Assembly: GCA_963806225.1 (NCBI GenBank)
Contig: CAWDXG010000004.1
Coordinates: forward strand, 4,704,001-4,768,000
DNA length: 64,000 nucleotides
Reading direction: 5' to 3'
Source of the DNA: an uncultured delta proteobacterium
GTDB taxonomy: Bacteria; Myxococcota_A; Polyangia; Polyangiales; Polyangiaceae
Both the position numbers and the translations under genes were made by a program. Under the pieces are notes generated by a model. The model saw only the letters and a list, made by a program, of their open reading frames with translations. It did not search any database and was not told the DNA's origin. Below, piece after piece: positions 49,000 through 59,600 of this stretch. Numbering within the stretch: the first letter of the stretch is position 1; every line of letters starts with the position of its first letter.

Positions 49000-50640
49000 A
49001 TGTCAGCCATCCCGACCATCGGCGGCGAACGCGTCCACGAGATCTACTCTGCCGACGCGTCGCTGCCTGGGAGCTGGGACGCCGGGCAGGCTCCCCATAT
49101 GAAGCCAGCCTGCGAAGTCGGCGAGACGGCCAATCGAGCCGATTGCGCACGACGCGCCGCGGGCGCACGCGGGGCCGGGCGACGCTGCATAAGAAGGCCG
49201 TGGCGCAGCACGGTCGCCCTGTGCGCGCTGGCTGCGACCGCTTGCGCGGCGCCTCCGCCGCCGTCCACGCCGCCGCCAGTGCTCGCTGCACCGCCGCCGG
49301 TCACGGCGAGCGCGGCTCCGGCGCCCGCCCCGTCGCAGCCGCCGACGATCGAGCTGCACCCGGTTCGCGTGGACATCGCCTCGCTGCCCGCCCCCGAGGT
49401 GCGCTGGTCGGTGCCCGTGGGGCGTACAGCGTTCGGCGCGTTCGCTCACGGGATCGTCGCGACCCTGCCCGGCGAAGCCGGCGCCGAGCTCGTCGACGCC
49501 GATACCGGGAAGGTACGCTGGGAGCGCAAAGCGGCCCGAGGCGAACGCTGGCGGGGGCTCGACGCCGTAACGGAAGATCTCAGCCCATTCCTGTTCGCCG
49601 AGAGCGTCGACCACCACGGGCATCATTGGCTGGTGCGGCTCGACTACATGACCGGCAAGCTGGTCGGGCACCGGAAAATCGATCCCGCTGTGGAGATCGA
49701 GCGAGGCGTGCACGGCGGCCTCGCGTTGCGGGATCGCGACCGTTGCGAGATCACTATCGTCGACGTAGTAACCGGCAAGACACTGGGAGCTCCGATTCGC
49801 GGCGCGCAAAAGAAGCTCCGCGACTTCAAGGGCCGTCCGGCGCCCGAGTGCACCACTACGGTTGCTCTCCAGGACATCGCCCACGGGACCGCAACCGTCA
49901 GCGTGCTCCGTGACGACGGCGTGCACCTCCTCGAGGTCACGGCGGCGGGCGTGCAGCGGGATCGTGCCCTCGGGGGGCAGGTCGTCGATCAGCTGGAGCC
50001 GAGGCTGTACGCTGCCCTGCCGGTCACGGCGTCCAGCGGCGGCGAGCTGGTGCGCGTCGAGGACGACGAAGCCTTTGGGGTGCACGCGTTCCACTGGCCC
50101 ATCCCGGCGCGGGCGTGCTCCGAACCGGTGCGCGTCCGAAGCTCATACCCCGACCGTGCGCTGGTGCAGGCGTGCCAGCACGTCGCGCTGCTCGACACGA
50201 CCTCCGGCGCGACGCGATGGATGGCCGAGGCGAAGGGCCTGGCGGTGCTCGACAACGAAACGGCGACATCCGTTACCGTCGGCTCGCAGCGCCTGGTCGA
50301 ACGGTTCTCCGCCACCGGCACATCGCTGGGGGTGCTGCTCCTCCCACCCGGAACGCGGACTATCTGGCCGTCCGACGGGGGCCTTTTCGTCGCCACGGAC
50401 GGCGCCGTTGCCTCGGTCGATCGCGCGCTGCACGTCCGCTGGCAGTATTCCGCCCACTTCGACCGCATCCGCATCTTCGACGGGCGCGTGGTCCTCGGCT
50501 CTGGCGACCGCGATCTGCTGGTGCAGCCGCAGACTGGCAAGCTCGCTGTCTCGGGCCGGAGCCTCGGTCGCGCGGCCGCCGACCGAAGCCTGTGGATCGA
50601 TCACATGGCAGGAGCGATCCACGCGCTTGTGATCCCTTGA
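49000..50640 (+). CDS. PQQ-like beta-propeller lipoprotein (start uncertain)
   Basis: LAATAC, Pro-rich linker, VDADTGKVRWE, LDTTSGATRW. Confidence 0.75.
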   Translation: MSAIPTIGGERVHEIYSADASLPGSWDAGQAPHMKPACEVGETANRADCARRAAGARGAGRRCIRRPWRSTVALCALAATACAAPPPPSTPPPVLAAPPPVTASAAPAPAPSQPPTIELHPVRVDIASLPAPEVRWSVPVGRTAFGAFAHGIVATLPGEAGAELVDADTGKVRWERKAARGERWRGLDAVTEDLSPFLFAESVDHHGHHWLVRLDYMTGKLVGHRKIDPAVEIERGVHGGLALRDRDRCEITIVDVVTGKTLGAPIRGAQKKLRDFKGRPAPECTTTVALQDIAHGTATVSVLRDDGVHLLEVTAAGVQRDRALGGQVVDQLEPRLYAALPVTASSGGELVRVEDDEAFGVHAFHWPIPARACSEPVRVRSSYPDRALVQACQHVALLDTTSGATRWMAEAKGLAVLDNETATSVTVGSQRLVERFSATGTSLGVLLLPPGTRTIWPSDGGLFVATDGAVASVDRALHVRWQYSAHFDRIRIFDGRVVLGSGDRDLLVQPQTGKLAVSGRSLGRAAADRSLWIDHMAGAIHALVIP

Positions 50641-50842
50641 CCCAGGGCCGGCAATCCAGCGTAGCCCCGGAACAACTTCGAAGGCGGCAAGGGCACAGGC
50701 CAGAGTCAGTGTCGAAAGCCTGAGCCCGGCCAGGAGCGCAATCGATCCGCGGGTCTACCGGTCGAAGTGGACGGAGGACGTGGCTCGCTGCATGATCACC
50801 CGGCTGGGGTTCGTCCAACGTGACGGCTGGAGGAGTTTGCGC

Positions 50843-51079
50843 GTGCACCGATCCATTCTTCACCTGATTCAGCTGGGACTCGCGGTCTGCATGGTCGCGC
50901 TCGTGGCGCAGGCCGAAACGAAATCTTGCCCGGCGGGCAAGGAGCTCATCCTGGGCAAGTGCTTCGACGCCCGTCCGAAAGGGCGCGCGCACGACTCGCA
51001 GGGCATGTGCACGCTGTGCGCGGCGGGCTACCAGAAGAACCCGAAGACGCGCGCCTGCGAGAAGCAGCGTCCTCGATGA
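50843..51079 (+). CDS. Small secreted Cys-rich protein
   Basis: GGAGGA RBS, signal ending AQA, CPAG...C...CTLC...C; ATGA overlap with the next gene. Confidence 0.55.
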   Translation: MHRSILHLIQLGLAVCMVALVAQAETKSCPAGKELILGKCFDARPKGRAHDSQGMCTLCAAGYQKNPKTRACEKQRPR

Positions 51080-52649
51080 CGTGGCTGGCGCTGCTCGCGC
51101 TGACGCTGTTGGTGGGCTGCTCGGGTACCGGCACATCCGGTACGAGTAGCGTGAGCTCGGGAGGCGCCGGAGCAGGGGGCGTAGCGGGCTCGGCGGGGAC
51201 GGCCGGCAGTGGAGGGACAGTCGGTAGCGGTGGAAGGCGGCAGCGTGAACGGCTGGCAGCGGTGGAACGGCTGGCAGCGGTGGAACGGCCGGCAGCGGTG
51301 GAACGGCCGGCAGCGGTGGAGCAGGCGGCGCGGCCGTTTCGATGCTGCCGGCGCTCGATCCGTCCGACCCGCATCGGCTGTCGCGAGGCGGAAAGCCCTG
51401 GTACCCCGCCGGCTACTACCCCGGCGCAGCGATCAACATGACCGGGCCTGGCTACAAGGGCGATTACCTGGCGTACATGACGGACTTCATCAACAAGGCG
51501 GCGAGCTTCAAGATCAACTACTTCAGGATCTGGCTCAACTGGGGCGCGCTGCCGAGCGCCGGTGGGACGTGGGACAAGTACGTTCTGCCTCCCTACCAGC
51601 GCACGGGCCCCGGCCAGGCGAGCGATGGCAAGCCGAAGCTCGATGTCAGCCAGTTCAACCCGCAATACTTCTCGCTGCTTCAGAAGGTCGTGGACCTGGC
51701 CAGCTCGAAAGGCATGGTCGTGCAGGCGATGCTGCTCGACTGTTGGCACGTGGGCTACGGGTTGAACTACGGCTTTCACGATCTCGACTACTTTGCTGCG
51801 CAGAACAACGTCAACGGCGTGGACTGGAGCACCGAATCGGAATGGCTGGACCCGAACGGGGCCGTGTTCAGCTACAACGAGAAGTTCGTCCAGAAGGTTG
51901 TCGCTACGATCGGCGATAGGGACAACGTGGTCTTCGAGACCTGCAACGAGAAGAAGCAGGGAGATCATTCGACGCTGGCCGCCACTGCCGCCGACGCTTT
52001 CCACCTCGCGGTCGCCAAGGCGATTCACGCCGAGGAAAAGCAGTTGGGCCTGGAACGCCATCTGGTGATGCCCGTCGACCTGCCCGAGCACCGCACGGTT
52101 GCTGGCCACAGGACGCCCACGAACGGAGCGTCGAACCAGGAATCGATTCCCACCATGCGGAGCCGGCTGACAGGTACCCAGCTCGCGTGGGGCGCGCCGC
52201 TTATCAGCGACAACGACTGCTGTGCCGGCGAGCCGGACGCCGCGTTCATCCGCAAGAAGACCTGGGCTGCCCTCACCGCCGGCGCGCACGTCGACGTGTT
52301 CAACAACGAGCTCTACCAGGCGAGCGTGCTGGGAGATGCGAACACTGCCAACGGGATGAAGTGGGTGGGGCTGTCGCGCACGTTCATCGAGAGCCAGAAC
52401 GTCGACCTGCGCGGCACCAAGCCCATGGACTCGATAGCGACCAACGGCGCGTGGGTGCTGGCCAAGCCGGGCAACGAGTACATCGTGTATCTCCAGAGCG
52501 GGGGGAGCACGACGCTTTCAGGGCTGCCAACATCACGGACCGCAAGCTGGTTCAATCCGAAAAACGGCGGTACCTCGAACGCGGGCAACGGCCCGACCTT
52601 CACGGCTCCCTCGAACGCGGACTGGGTGCTCTACGTGACCTCGCCGTGA
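51076..52649 (+). CDS. Glycoside-hydrolase-like (clan GH-A) lipoprotein; frameshift in the GSGGTA linker near 51240
   Basis: LLVGC lipobox; INYFRIW, FNPQYF, FETCNE; C-terminal EYIVYL...SWFNPKNG...DWVL. Confidence 0.8.
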
Positions 52650-52772
52650 TCCGACGCCGGGCCTCCGACGCCGGAGAGGCCGAGGCGGACAGGGACGCTC
52701 TGCTCGCGCGTGAGCGCGAGACCCCCGCGCGTGTTTCCAGGAGGCCGGCGAATGCGACGGCGCATTGGCGGG

Positions 52773-53963
52773 CTACGGCTGCTGCATGATCTCGCGACCG
52801 AAGTCCTGCGCCGCGGCTAGCGCATTGTGCGCGCGGCAGCGCAGGCGCAGGTTCTCGGCAGTGGCGGGGCCGCCGCGGGCGAACGGCACTTCGTGGTGGA
52901 GCTCGAGCAGCGCCGTTTCGCGGCAACGCTGTCCGCGCGCATCGACGTAGCTGCAGCGCGCGCCATCGCGCTCGCGGACAGCGCGGCGGACGGAGGCGGG
53001 GATGGCGTCACGCTGGCGCGGAGCGGTGCGCGTGTTCGGCGACGCAGCGACGCGCTGGCGCGGGTGCTCCGCGGCGCGTTGTGAACCGCGCTGTCGCGGG
53101 TTGTCCGCCGCGGCGTACTTCTTCTTCTCGAGCTTCTTGACCAGCTCGCGCAGGGCGCGCAGGTGCACTTCCTCGATGGAGCGGTCGAGTCGGGCGTGGG
53201 AGAGCAGATCGCGGGCTCGTTCGAGCAGGTCGACGTATTCCTGCGTGGCGGTGAACTGGACTCTGAAGCGCTGGGGCCGCGCTGGCGCGGGGCGCGCCGC
53301 GGTCCAGTCGCTTTCCGCACGGGCGCCGTCTTGCGCGCCTGCGCCGTCCTCGGTCGCGTCAGCCTCTTCCGCGCCGCCACCATCTTCACTGCTCCAATCC
53401 GCTGGCCGCTCGCCATGCGGCAGCTCGCGCACGGGATTGAACGACGCGACGAACTCGCTCCATGTGGGATTGCGCGGCAAGGTGAGCTCGGGGCCGAGCG
53501 GCTCGACGCGCGCGGGCACATCCGGCAGGGGATCGAGCTCGCGCATGAGCTTCTGTAGCTCGCGCTTGGCGCGATGCTTCGCGCAGGCGAGCACGTCGGC
53601 GAGGTTCTCGTCGGTGAGATGCGCGCCGAGCAGGAGTAGGCCGGTCAGGTGCAGCTCGCCCCGGGCCACCGCGTCGTAGAGCGCGGGGAACTTCCGGCAC
53701 AGGCGCGCGGCCTTGGCGCAGCGGAAGGCTGCGTCTTCCGACAGGCGCAGCTCGTAGATGCAGTAGGTGTACGGGCTCGAGCAGGCGCGGGTGCGGTGGA
53801 TGCCTCGCGCTTCGACCTCGGCCAGATGCGCGAGCAGCGCCGCCAGCGTGTGGTTCGCCGTCGCGGCGAGGCGGCGCGTGCCGGCGAGCAGCGCGTCGTC
53901 GGGCAGCTCCTCGAGATTGTAGTGATCAGTTGGGAGACTCGTAATGAGCGCGTTCATGCCCAT
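52773..53963 (-). CDS. HNH endonuclease domain protein
   Basis: LLAHLAEVEARGIH N-terminus; IPASVRRAVRERDGARC...ELHHEVPFARGG...ENLRLRCRAHN. Confidence 0.9.
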   Translation of the reverse strand: MGMNALITSLPTDHYNLEELPDDALLAGTRRLAATANHTLAALLAHLAEVEARGIHRTRACSSPYTYCIYELRLSEDAAFRCAKAARLCRKFPALYDAVARGELHLTGLLLLGAHLTDENLADVLACAKHRAKRELQKLMRELDPLPDVPARVEPLGPELTLPRNPTWSEFVASFNPVRELPHGERPADWSSEDGGGAEEADATEDGAGAQDGARAESDWTAARPAPARPQRFRVQFTATQEYVDLLERARDLLSHARLDRSIEEVHLRALRELVKKLEKKKYAAADNPRQRGSQRAAEHPRQRVAASPNTRTAPRQRDAIPASVRRAVRERDGARCSYVDARGQRCRETALLELHHEVPFARGGPATAENLRLRCRAHNALAAAQDFGREIMQQP

Positions 53964-54280
53964 TACGCTACCCCCCGTCCTTGACGGCTCGCAGGGGCGC
54001 CGTGGGCGCGCTTTCGCGCCGCGAATCGCATAAGGTCACCTGGCGGCGCCGAAAAGCCGGCAGCGAGCGGCCTCGTCGCCAAAATCCAGTCTTGTGTCGC
54101 GAGTAGCGGAATCGAGAATCGATGTCTCCAGAAACGTGTCAAGCGCAAATTGAACGCGCTGCCGCGTTTCGAGCGCCACCTCGCGCGTTCCGAGCCATGT
54201 CGTCGCCCGCTCGCCCCGCGCCGGCGCGGCTTCCTCGAAGCCCATCATCGAAGCTCCCCTTGGCCCGTACCAGTTGGAAT

Positions 54281-54712
54281 TCAGCCAGTGCCGGCGTCCA
54301 TCGCACCACCGGTGCCGCCCAGGCCGCCGCTGCCAGCTGTACCACCCTGCCGCCCATGCCGGCGCTGCCGCCAGTGCCGCTGCTGCCAACGCCACTGTCC
54401 GGGCAAAAGGGGACGTCATTGGTCGTTGGCAGACACGGTAGCCGGGGGGGCTACATACTCGCAGAAGGGATCGAAGCCATTGTCGAAGCAGTCGGAATCG
54501 TTCGCGCAGAAGTCGGTGGCCGTCTGGCACGCGAAGCCGATCTCACCACCGCCGGCGCACGTGCTGTAGCTGATGCAGTGGTATCCGCTCCCGCAATCGG
54601 AGTCGGTACGGCAGCTGGCTTGCACGCACTGCCCGATCGGATCGCCGCAATAGCAGAGTTGCCCCACGCCGCAGTCGGCATCGGTGCGGCAACCCGTCGC
54701 GCATTGCCCCAC
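54281..54712 (-). pseudogene. 5'-truncated, frameshifted Cys-rich (CRTDxDC repeat) gene fragment
   Basis: GCRTDADC, SCRTDSDC, CANDSDC then a frameshifted Gly-rich tail ending AMDAGTG*; no signal peptide; begins inside the direct repeat. Confidence 0.6.
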
Positions 54713-55530
54713 ATCACTCTCGCGGCCTCGTCTGGACAGTCTGCGGGTCGCGGGCGGGGGCCTCGATCGGTTTCTGGGGCGGGATCGGAACCGATCTGGA
54801 ACAATGGTCGCACAAGCGTCGATGCTGGACCCTCGACAACCGCCTACCCGCGCAGCGAATGTGCCTCCAGGGCTTTCCGATCCGCCTCGGCCGCGGGCCA
54901 CCGTCAAAAAGCTCCTGGCCAAGACCACGCGTCGCCGGAGGCTGACCCTCAAGCTGCTGGCGGCCGTGATTCTCGTGATCATGGGCATCATGGTGTTCGC
55001 TGGTGGTGTTTCTCCGCAGGGGCTCGTCGGAGCCACGGAGGGCGCGCTCATCGCGGGCGCGCTGATGGCCTTGTGGCTGCTGTTTCCGACCTGGCTCTGG
55101 GTGCGGTCCGGCTCGCGCGATGCGCGCCGCCTCCTGCGGGACGGCTCGTTGGGTTTCGCTCGCGTCAGCGAGATTCGAACCGTCTCTGTCGCCGGCAACC
55201 CGCTCATGCTCACCACCTTCTGCTTCGCGCACGGGGGGACGCAGCACAGCGTTCACGTCCAGGTCCCCGGGCAGCTCCCGGGCTTCGACGTAGGTACCGA
55301 GTGCTGCCTGGTGTTGGATTCCGCCCACCCCGAGCGCGCGGCGGTGCACCTGCCCGACGAGACATGGGTGGTGGGAGACATCCGGAACAATCCGGCCTAG
55401 CCGCGTGCGGAGGCGAAGCTATCGCAGCAGATGCTTGGCGATGCGAGGCGCGTAGGCAACCTGAACGCCCTCTGCTCGTTGGCCCTCATTGCCCCGCATC
55501 ACTCTCGCGGCCTCGTCTGGACAGTCCGCG
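54702..55530 (+). repeat. 44-bp direct repeat pair (54702-54745, 55487-55530), 2 mismatches
   Basis: CATTGCCCC(A/G)CATCACTCTCGCGGCCTCGTCTGGACAGTC(T/C)GCG. Confidence 0.93.
54804..55400 (+). CDS. Two-TM membrane protein with C-terminal beta domain
   Basis: Two hydrophobic helices then RLLRDG..G.ARV...LDSAHPERA. Confidence 0.72.
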   Translation: MVAQASMLDPRQPPTRAANVPPGLSDPPRPRATVKKLLAKTTRRRRLTLKLLAAVILVIMGIMVFAGGVSPQGLVGATEGALIAGALMALWLLFPTWLWVRSGSRDARRLLRDGSLGFARVSEIRTVSVAGNPLMLTTFCFAHGGTQHSVHVQVPGQLPGFDVGTECCLVLDSAHPERAAVHLPDETWVVGDIRNNPA

Positions 55531-55645
55531 CATCGATCGAGCTCTGCGCGAGGCGCATTGGCGTGGCATTCGGCCCTGCGCGCATGACGGGCTGGCGCGC
55601 GCGGTTCCGGAGGCGCCCGGGCGCTTCCTGCGGTAGCGTCCGGAA

Positions 55646-56440
55646 ATGTTCGATCAACTGAAAGGCAGGCGCGCGCTCGTCACCGGAGGGTCGCGCGGTC
55701 TCGGGGTCTACATTGCGCGCAGCCTCGCGAGGGAGGGCGTCGATCTCGTCCTGGTCGCTCGCGATAGCGCCAAGCTCGACGCGGTCGCCAAGGAGTGCAG
55801 GGCTCTCGGCGCGGACGTCCAGCTGATCGGCGCCGACGTGTGCCGGGCGGAGGATCGCCGGCGCATCCTGGACGAGGCCGGCGATCTGGACATTCTGGTC
55901 AACAACGCCGGCGTCGAAACCACCCAGCGACTCGTCGACCAGTCCGAGGACGCGGTACGCTCGCAGATCGAGACCAATCTGGTGGCGCCCATCGAGCTCA
56001 CACGTCAGGTGCTTCCGCGGATGCTCGAGCGGGGCCGAGGCGTCGTCGTGAACGTCTCGTCGATGTCGGGCAAGGGCGCCACGCCGTACAACAGTGTCTA
56101 CGCCGCCACCAAGCACGGCCTCGTCGGTCTCAGCTCGTCGCTCGACATGGAGCTTCACGGAACCGGCGTGCACGTCGGCGTCGTGTGCCCGGGTTTCGTC
56201 GCCGACGCCGGCATGTGGGCCGACACCGGGCAGACCGCGCCCGCGGCCATGCGCGAGGTCAGACCCGAGCGGGTTGCCGACGCTGTGCTCGCGGTGATCC
56301 GTGGTCGGGTCGAGGTACTGGTGACACCGTCGCCGATGCGACCGCTGCTGGCGCTGCGCGCGCTCGCCCCCTCGATCGAGGGTCCAATGCTGCGCGCCCT
56401 GGGCATCGCAAAGGTGCTCGCCCGTCGCGCGTCGCACTAG
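55646..56440 (+). CDS. Short-chain dehydrogenase/reductase
   Basis: TGGSRGLG, NNAG, NVSS, YAATK. Confidence 0.95.
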   Translation: MFDQLKGRRALVTGGSRGLGVYIARSLAREGVDLVLVARDSAKLDAVAKECRALGADVQLIGADVCRAEDRRRILDEAGDLDILVNNAGVETTQRLVDQSEDAVRSQIETNLVAPIELTRQVLPRMLERGRGVVVNVSSMSGKGATPYNSVYAATKHGLVGLSSSLDMELHGTGVHVGVVCPGFVADAGMWADTGQTAPAAMREVRPERVADAVLAVIRGRVEVLVTPSPMRPLLALRALAPSIEGPMLRALGIAKVLARRASH

Positions 56441-56504
56441 GTGACGCCTCCATGGGTGCGGGCCGCCGAAGTGGACATCTTCTCCGTCGCGCGTCGCCCC
56501 AGGC

Positions 56505-56740
56505 GCCGGCGCTGGCCGGCACGACCCGCGACCGGTCTCACTTCGAGCGATGTTCGCGGTCACGTCCGCCAGGTCCTGCGCCCTCGCGGCGGCGCGCTTG
56601 TATCTCGGCAGGGCGTCGAGGCCGATTATCTAGCGCGCCGGAGCGTTCATGCCCAGCTCGCGCAACCTCGGCTCGCAGCTCTGCGTTCGACGCCGGAGCG
56701 AAACCGATGCCGGCGCTGGCCAACACGACCCGCGACCGGT
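56505..56740 (+). repeat. 32-bp direct repeat pair (56505-56536, 56709-56740)
   Basis: GCCGGCGCTGGCC(GG/AA)CACGACCCGCGACCGGT. Confidence 0.85.
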
Positions 56741-56780
56741 ACCTTCGCGGCAGGTGGGCAGCACACCGACAACCGCTGAC

Positions 56781-57278
56781 TTGACCACGCAGTTCGACAT
56801 CGAGCCCCGCGATCTCCCGCCGGCGCCGGACGTGCTGTCGTCGGGGGACATCACGCTGCGCTTCGTACGCGTCGTGCCCGGGGATCCGACATGCGGCTTC
56901 GTCCCCTTCTACCATTTCCGCATCGTCACGCGCGACGGCTCGGACGCGGGGCACATCAACTTCCGCGTGGGAGACAGCGAGCACGTGCGACACGCTGCCG
57001 GTCACGTCGGCTTCGAGGTGCAAGAGCTGTTCCGCGGCCACGGCTACGCGCTCGAAGCGTGTCGCGCACTCGCCCCTTTCGTGGGCGCTGTCTCGGGCAG
57101 CGTCACCCTCACCTGCGACCCGGGCAACGCCCCCTCCCGGCGCACCATCGAGCGCCTCGGCGCCACCTTCGTCGACGAGGTCGCCGTTCCCCCCGGAGAT
57201 CCACACTACGCCCGCGGCTCGCGGACCAAGCTCCGCTACACCTGGACATTCCGCGTAACCGCACCCGCCCGCCCGTAG
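56781..57278 (+). CDS. GNAT acetyltransferase
   Basis: GHINFRVG, AGHVGFEV..FRGHGYA, TCDPGNAPSRRTIERLGA. Confidence 0.9.
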   Translation: MTTQFDIEPRDLPPAPDVLSSGDITLRFVRVVPGDPTCGFVPFYHFRIVTRDGSDAGHINFRVGDSEHVRHAAGHVGFEVQELFRGHGYALEACRALAPFVGAVSGSVTLTCDPGNAPSRRTIERLGATFVDEVAVPPGDPHYARGSRTKLRYTWTFRVTAPARP

Positions 57279-57336
57279 TCGATGCCCTCCATTCGCAACC
57301 CCCGTCTCCGCCTGAGCGTCGAATCCGGCGTCCGTC

Positions 57337-57638
57337 ATGAAGCTCTCGCTCTCCGGGGGAACGCCCATCGTGCTCGCCTCCGGACAGGCCTACCCCTGCG
57401 ACATTGCCGTCGACGCCGCCAACGTCTACTGGACCAACGGGGGGAGCGGCGCGTCGGACTCCGTGATCGGAACCGTGATGAAAGCGCCGCTTGGCGGCTT
57501 CCCGACAGCACGCCAGCGACGCTGGCATCCGGGGTGTGGGGCGCAGGAGACATCGTCGTCGATTCCGCCAGCGTCTACTGGGTGAGATATGACGATGAAC
57601 TGAAGACCGGCGCCACCATGAAGCTCACGCCGAAATAG
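57337..57638 (+). pseudogene. C-terminal fragment of a VDxxxVYW-repeat beta-propeller protein, frameshifted
   Basis: IAVDAANVYWTN...GTVMKAPLGG then IVVDSASVYW...MKLTPK in another frame; no N-terminus. Confidence 0.7.
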
Positions 57639-57768
57639 CGCGGGCGGGCCCCGCCCAGGCTCCCACCCGCACGCCGCAACGCCTCGCAGGGGCGCTTGTC
57701 CTGGCTGCGCGCCGGCGCACTCATCCGGGGCCTGCGCTCGAGCGTGCGAACGCCACTCGGACTGGCGA

Positions 57769-58944
57769 TCAAACGAAGGTGCGGAGCAGCTCGCGCGCGA
57801 CGACGATGCGCTGCACCTCGCTCGTGCCCTCGTAGATGCGCGTGACGCGGGCGTCGCGGTAGAGGCGCTCGATCTCGTAGTCGCGGCTGTAGCCATAGCC
57901 GCCGTGCAGCTGCAGCATGCGGTCGACGACGCGGCCCGCCGTCTCGGTCGCGAACAGCTTTGCCATGCTGGTCTCGGCGACGGCGCGGTCGCCGCCGTCG
58001 AGCAGGCGCGCGGCGCGCAGCGTGAGCAGCCACGAGGCGTCGAGCTCCATGCGGGAGTCGGTGAGCACGAACTGGGTGTTCTGGAACTCCGTCAGCGCCT
58101 TGCCGAAGGCGCGCCGCTCGCCCGCGTAGCCCGCACCGGCGGCGAACGCGGCTTCGGCGAGGCCGAGCGAGAGCCCCGCAATCCCCACGCGGCCCGCGCC
58201 GAGCGCGGATAGCGCCACCGCGTAGCCGCCACCGCGACGACCGATCAGGTTTTCGGCAGGCACGCGGCAGCCTTCGAGGTGGAGCGCCGCGGTGCCGCTC
58301 GCGCGCTGGCCCATCTTGTCCTCTTCCTTTCCGATCGAAAGACCGGGCGTGCCCTTCTCTATGACGAACGCGCTGATGCCTTCGGGGCCCGGACCATCGC
58401 TGCGGGCGAACACCAGATGGAACGCGGCGTGCGTCGCACTGGTCGTCCACATCTTGGTGCCGTCGAGCACGAACGCGTCGCCATCGGGGCGCGCCGTCGT
58501 GGTCAGCGCGGCGGCGTCGGAGCCGCAGCCCGGCTCGCTGAGCGCGAAGCTCACCGGCACCGTCTCGCCTTCGAGGTACGGCCCGAGCACGCGCGCTTTC
58601 TGTTCGTCGTTCCCGTGCTCGGCCAGGATCTTCGCCACCAGGTTGCTGGACGCGAGGATCGTCGCCGTCGACGCGCAGGCCGAGCCGATCGCCGCCATCG
58701 CCAGCGCGTAGCCCACGTGGTCGATGCCCGCGCCGCCTTCTTCCGCCGGCACCCACATCGCGTGCATTCCGAGCCCGGCGAGCTCCTGCACTTCCTCGAC
58801 CGGGAAGTGGCCGCTCCTATCGCGCTCGGCGGCCCGGGGCACAAGTCGCCGCTCGGCGAAGTCGCGGGCGGTGGAGAAGGCGAGCTGCTGCTCCTCCGTC
58901 AACTCTATCGACAATCGGGAAATGACGCGGTTCAGGTCGAGCAT
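57769..58944 (-). CDS. Acyl-CoA dehydrogenase
   Basis: FALSEPGCGSD, GTKMWT, EDKMG, RRAFGK, SMAKL, QLHGGYGY, IYEGTSE. Confidence 0.96.
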   Translation of the reverse strand: MLDLNRVISRLSIELTEEQQLAFSTARDFAERRLVPRAAERDRSGHFPVEEVQELAGLGMHAMWVPAEEGGAGIDHVGYALAMAAIGSACASTATILASSNLVAKILAEHGNDEQKARVLGPYLEGETVPVSFALSEPGCGSDAAALTTTARPDGDAFVLDGTKMWTTSATHAAFHLVFARSDGPGPEGISAFVIEKGTPGLSIGKEEDKMGQRASGTAALHLEGCRVPAENLIGRRGGGYAVALSALGAGRVGIAGLSLGLAEAAFAAGAGYAGERRAFGKALTEFQNTQFVLTDSRMELDASWLLTLRAARLLDGGDRAVAETSMAKLFATETAGRVVDRMLQLHGGYGYSRDYEIERLYRDARVTRIYEGTSEVQRIVVARELLRTFV

Positions 58945-58999
58945 GATCGGAATAATTGTCTTGTCGGTGCGGCGCGGAAAGGCCGCGGAGCGGAAATAC

Positions 59000-59014
59000 G
59001 ACAAGGTACTTGTC
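59000..59014. promoter_or_regulatory. Palindrome GACAAG-GTA-CTTGTC, candidate MarR operator
   Basis: Lies between the divergent acyl-CoA dehydrogenase and MarR genes. Confidence 0.55.
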
Positions 59015-59045
59015 AAGTTGCCGGGCGGCGACCACGCTTGAACGC

Positions 59046-59543
59046 ATGGCACGCAAGGCGCCGCGGCGATCGCGCAAGCCGCACGGACCGGACGCGCTGG
59101 CCGCACTCGTCGACGAGACGGTTCTGCTCGACCAGCGCATGCAGTGGGTGGCGGAGCGCATCTACGGCGAGGACGGCAAGCGCGGCACGCGCCGTGGCCT
59201 GCTCCGCGGGCTCGTGCGCTACGGGGCGCAGACCGTGCCCGCGCTGGCGCGTGCCCGCTCCGTCACGCGCCAGAACGTGCAGCCCGTGATCGACGCGCTG
59301 GTCGCCGACGGCCTGGCAGAGCTTTCGCCGAACCCGCGCCACGCGCGCTCGCCGCTGGTGGTCGCGACGCCGCGCGGCGCGGAGCTGGTCGCCGAGTGGG
59401 ATCGCACGACGGCACGCGTGCTCGCCGCCGTGGGCCGCGGACTCTCACCGCGCGACATCGCAATCGCCGCGCGCACGCTCTGCACCGTGCGTGAGCGCTT
59501 CGAGACGCGCCTGCGCTGGCAAGCGGCGCTCGACGAGGGCTGA
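59046..59543 (+). CDS. MarR-family regulator
   Basis: TVPALARARSVTRQNVQPVIDALVADGL..SPNPRHARS..ATPRG. Confidence 0.9.
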   Translation: MARKAPRRSRKPHGPDALAALVDETVLLDQRMQWVAERIYGEDGKRGTRRGLLRGLVRYGAQTVPALARARSVTRQNVQPVIDALVADGLAELSPNPRHARSPLVVATPRGAELVAEWDRTTARVLAAVGRGLSPRDIAIAARTLCTVRERFETRLRWQAALDEG

Positions 59544-59600
59544 GCCCGAACGTCCATAGCGCTCCTCGTTGCACCCGGTCTCGTGCCACACCCGGCGCCG

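Noticed and set aside
51255..51320. 18-bp repeat as a regulatory or mobile feature
   Set aside because: It encodes the ordinary GSGGTA lipoprotein linker
54702..55530. Integron cassette
   Set aside because: No RYYYAAC/GTTRRRY boxes, no attC palindrome and no intI
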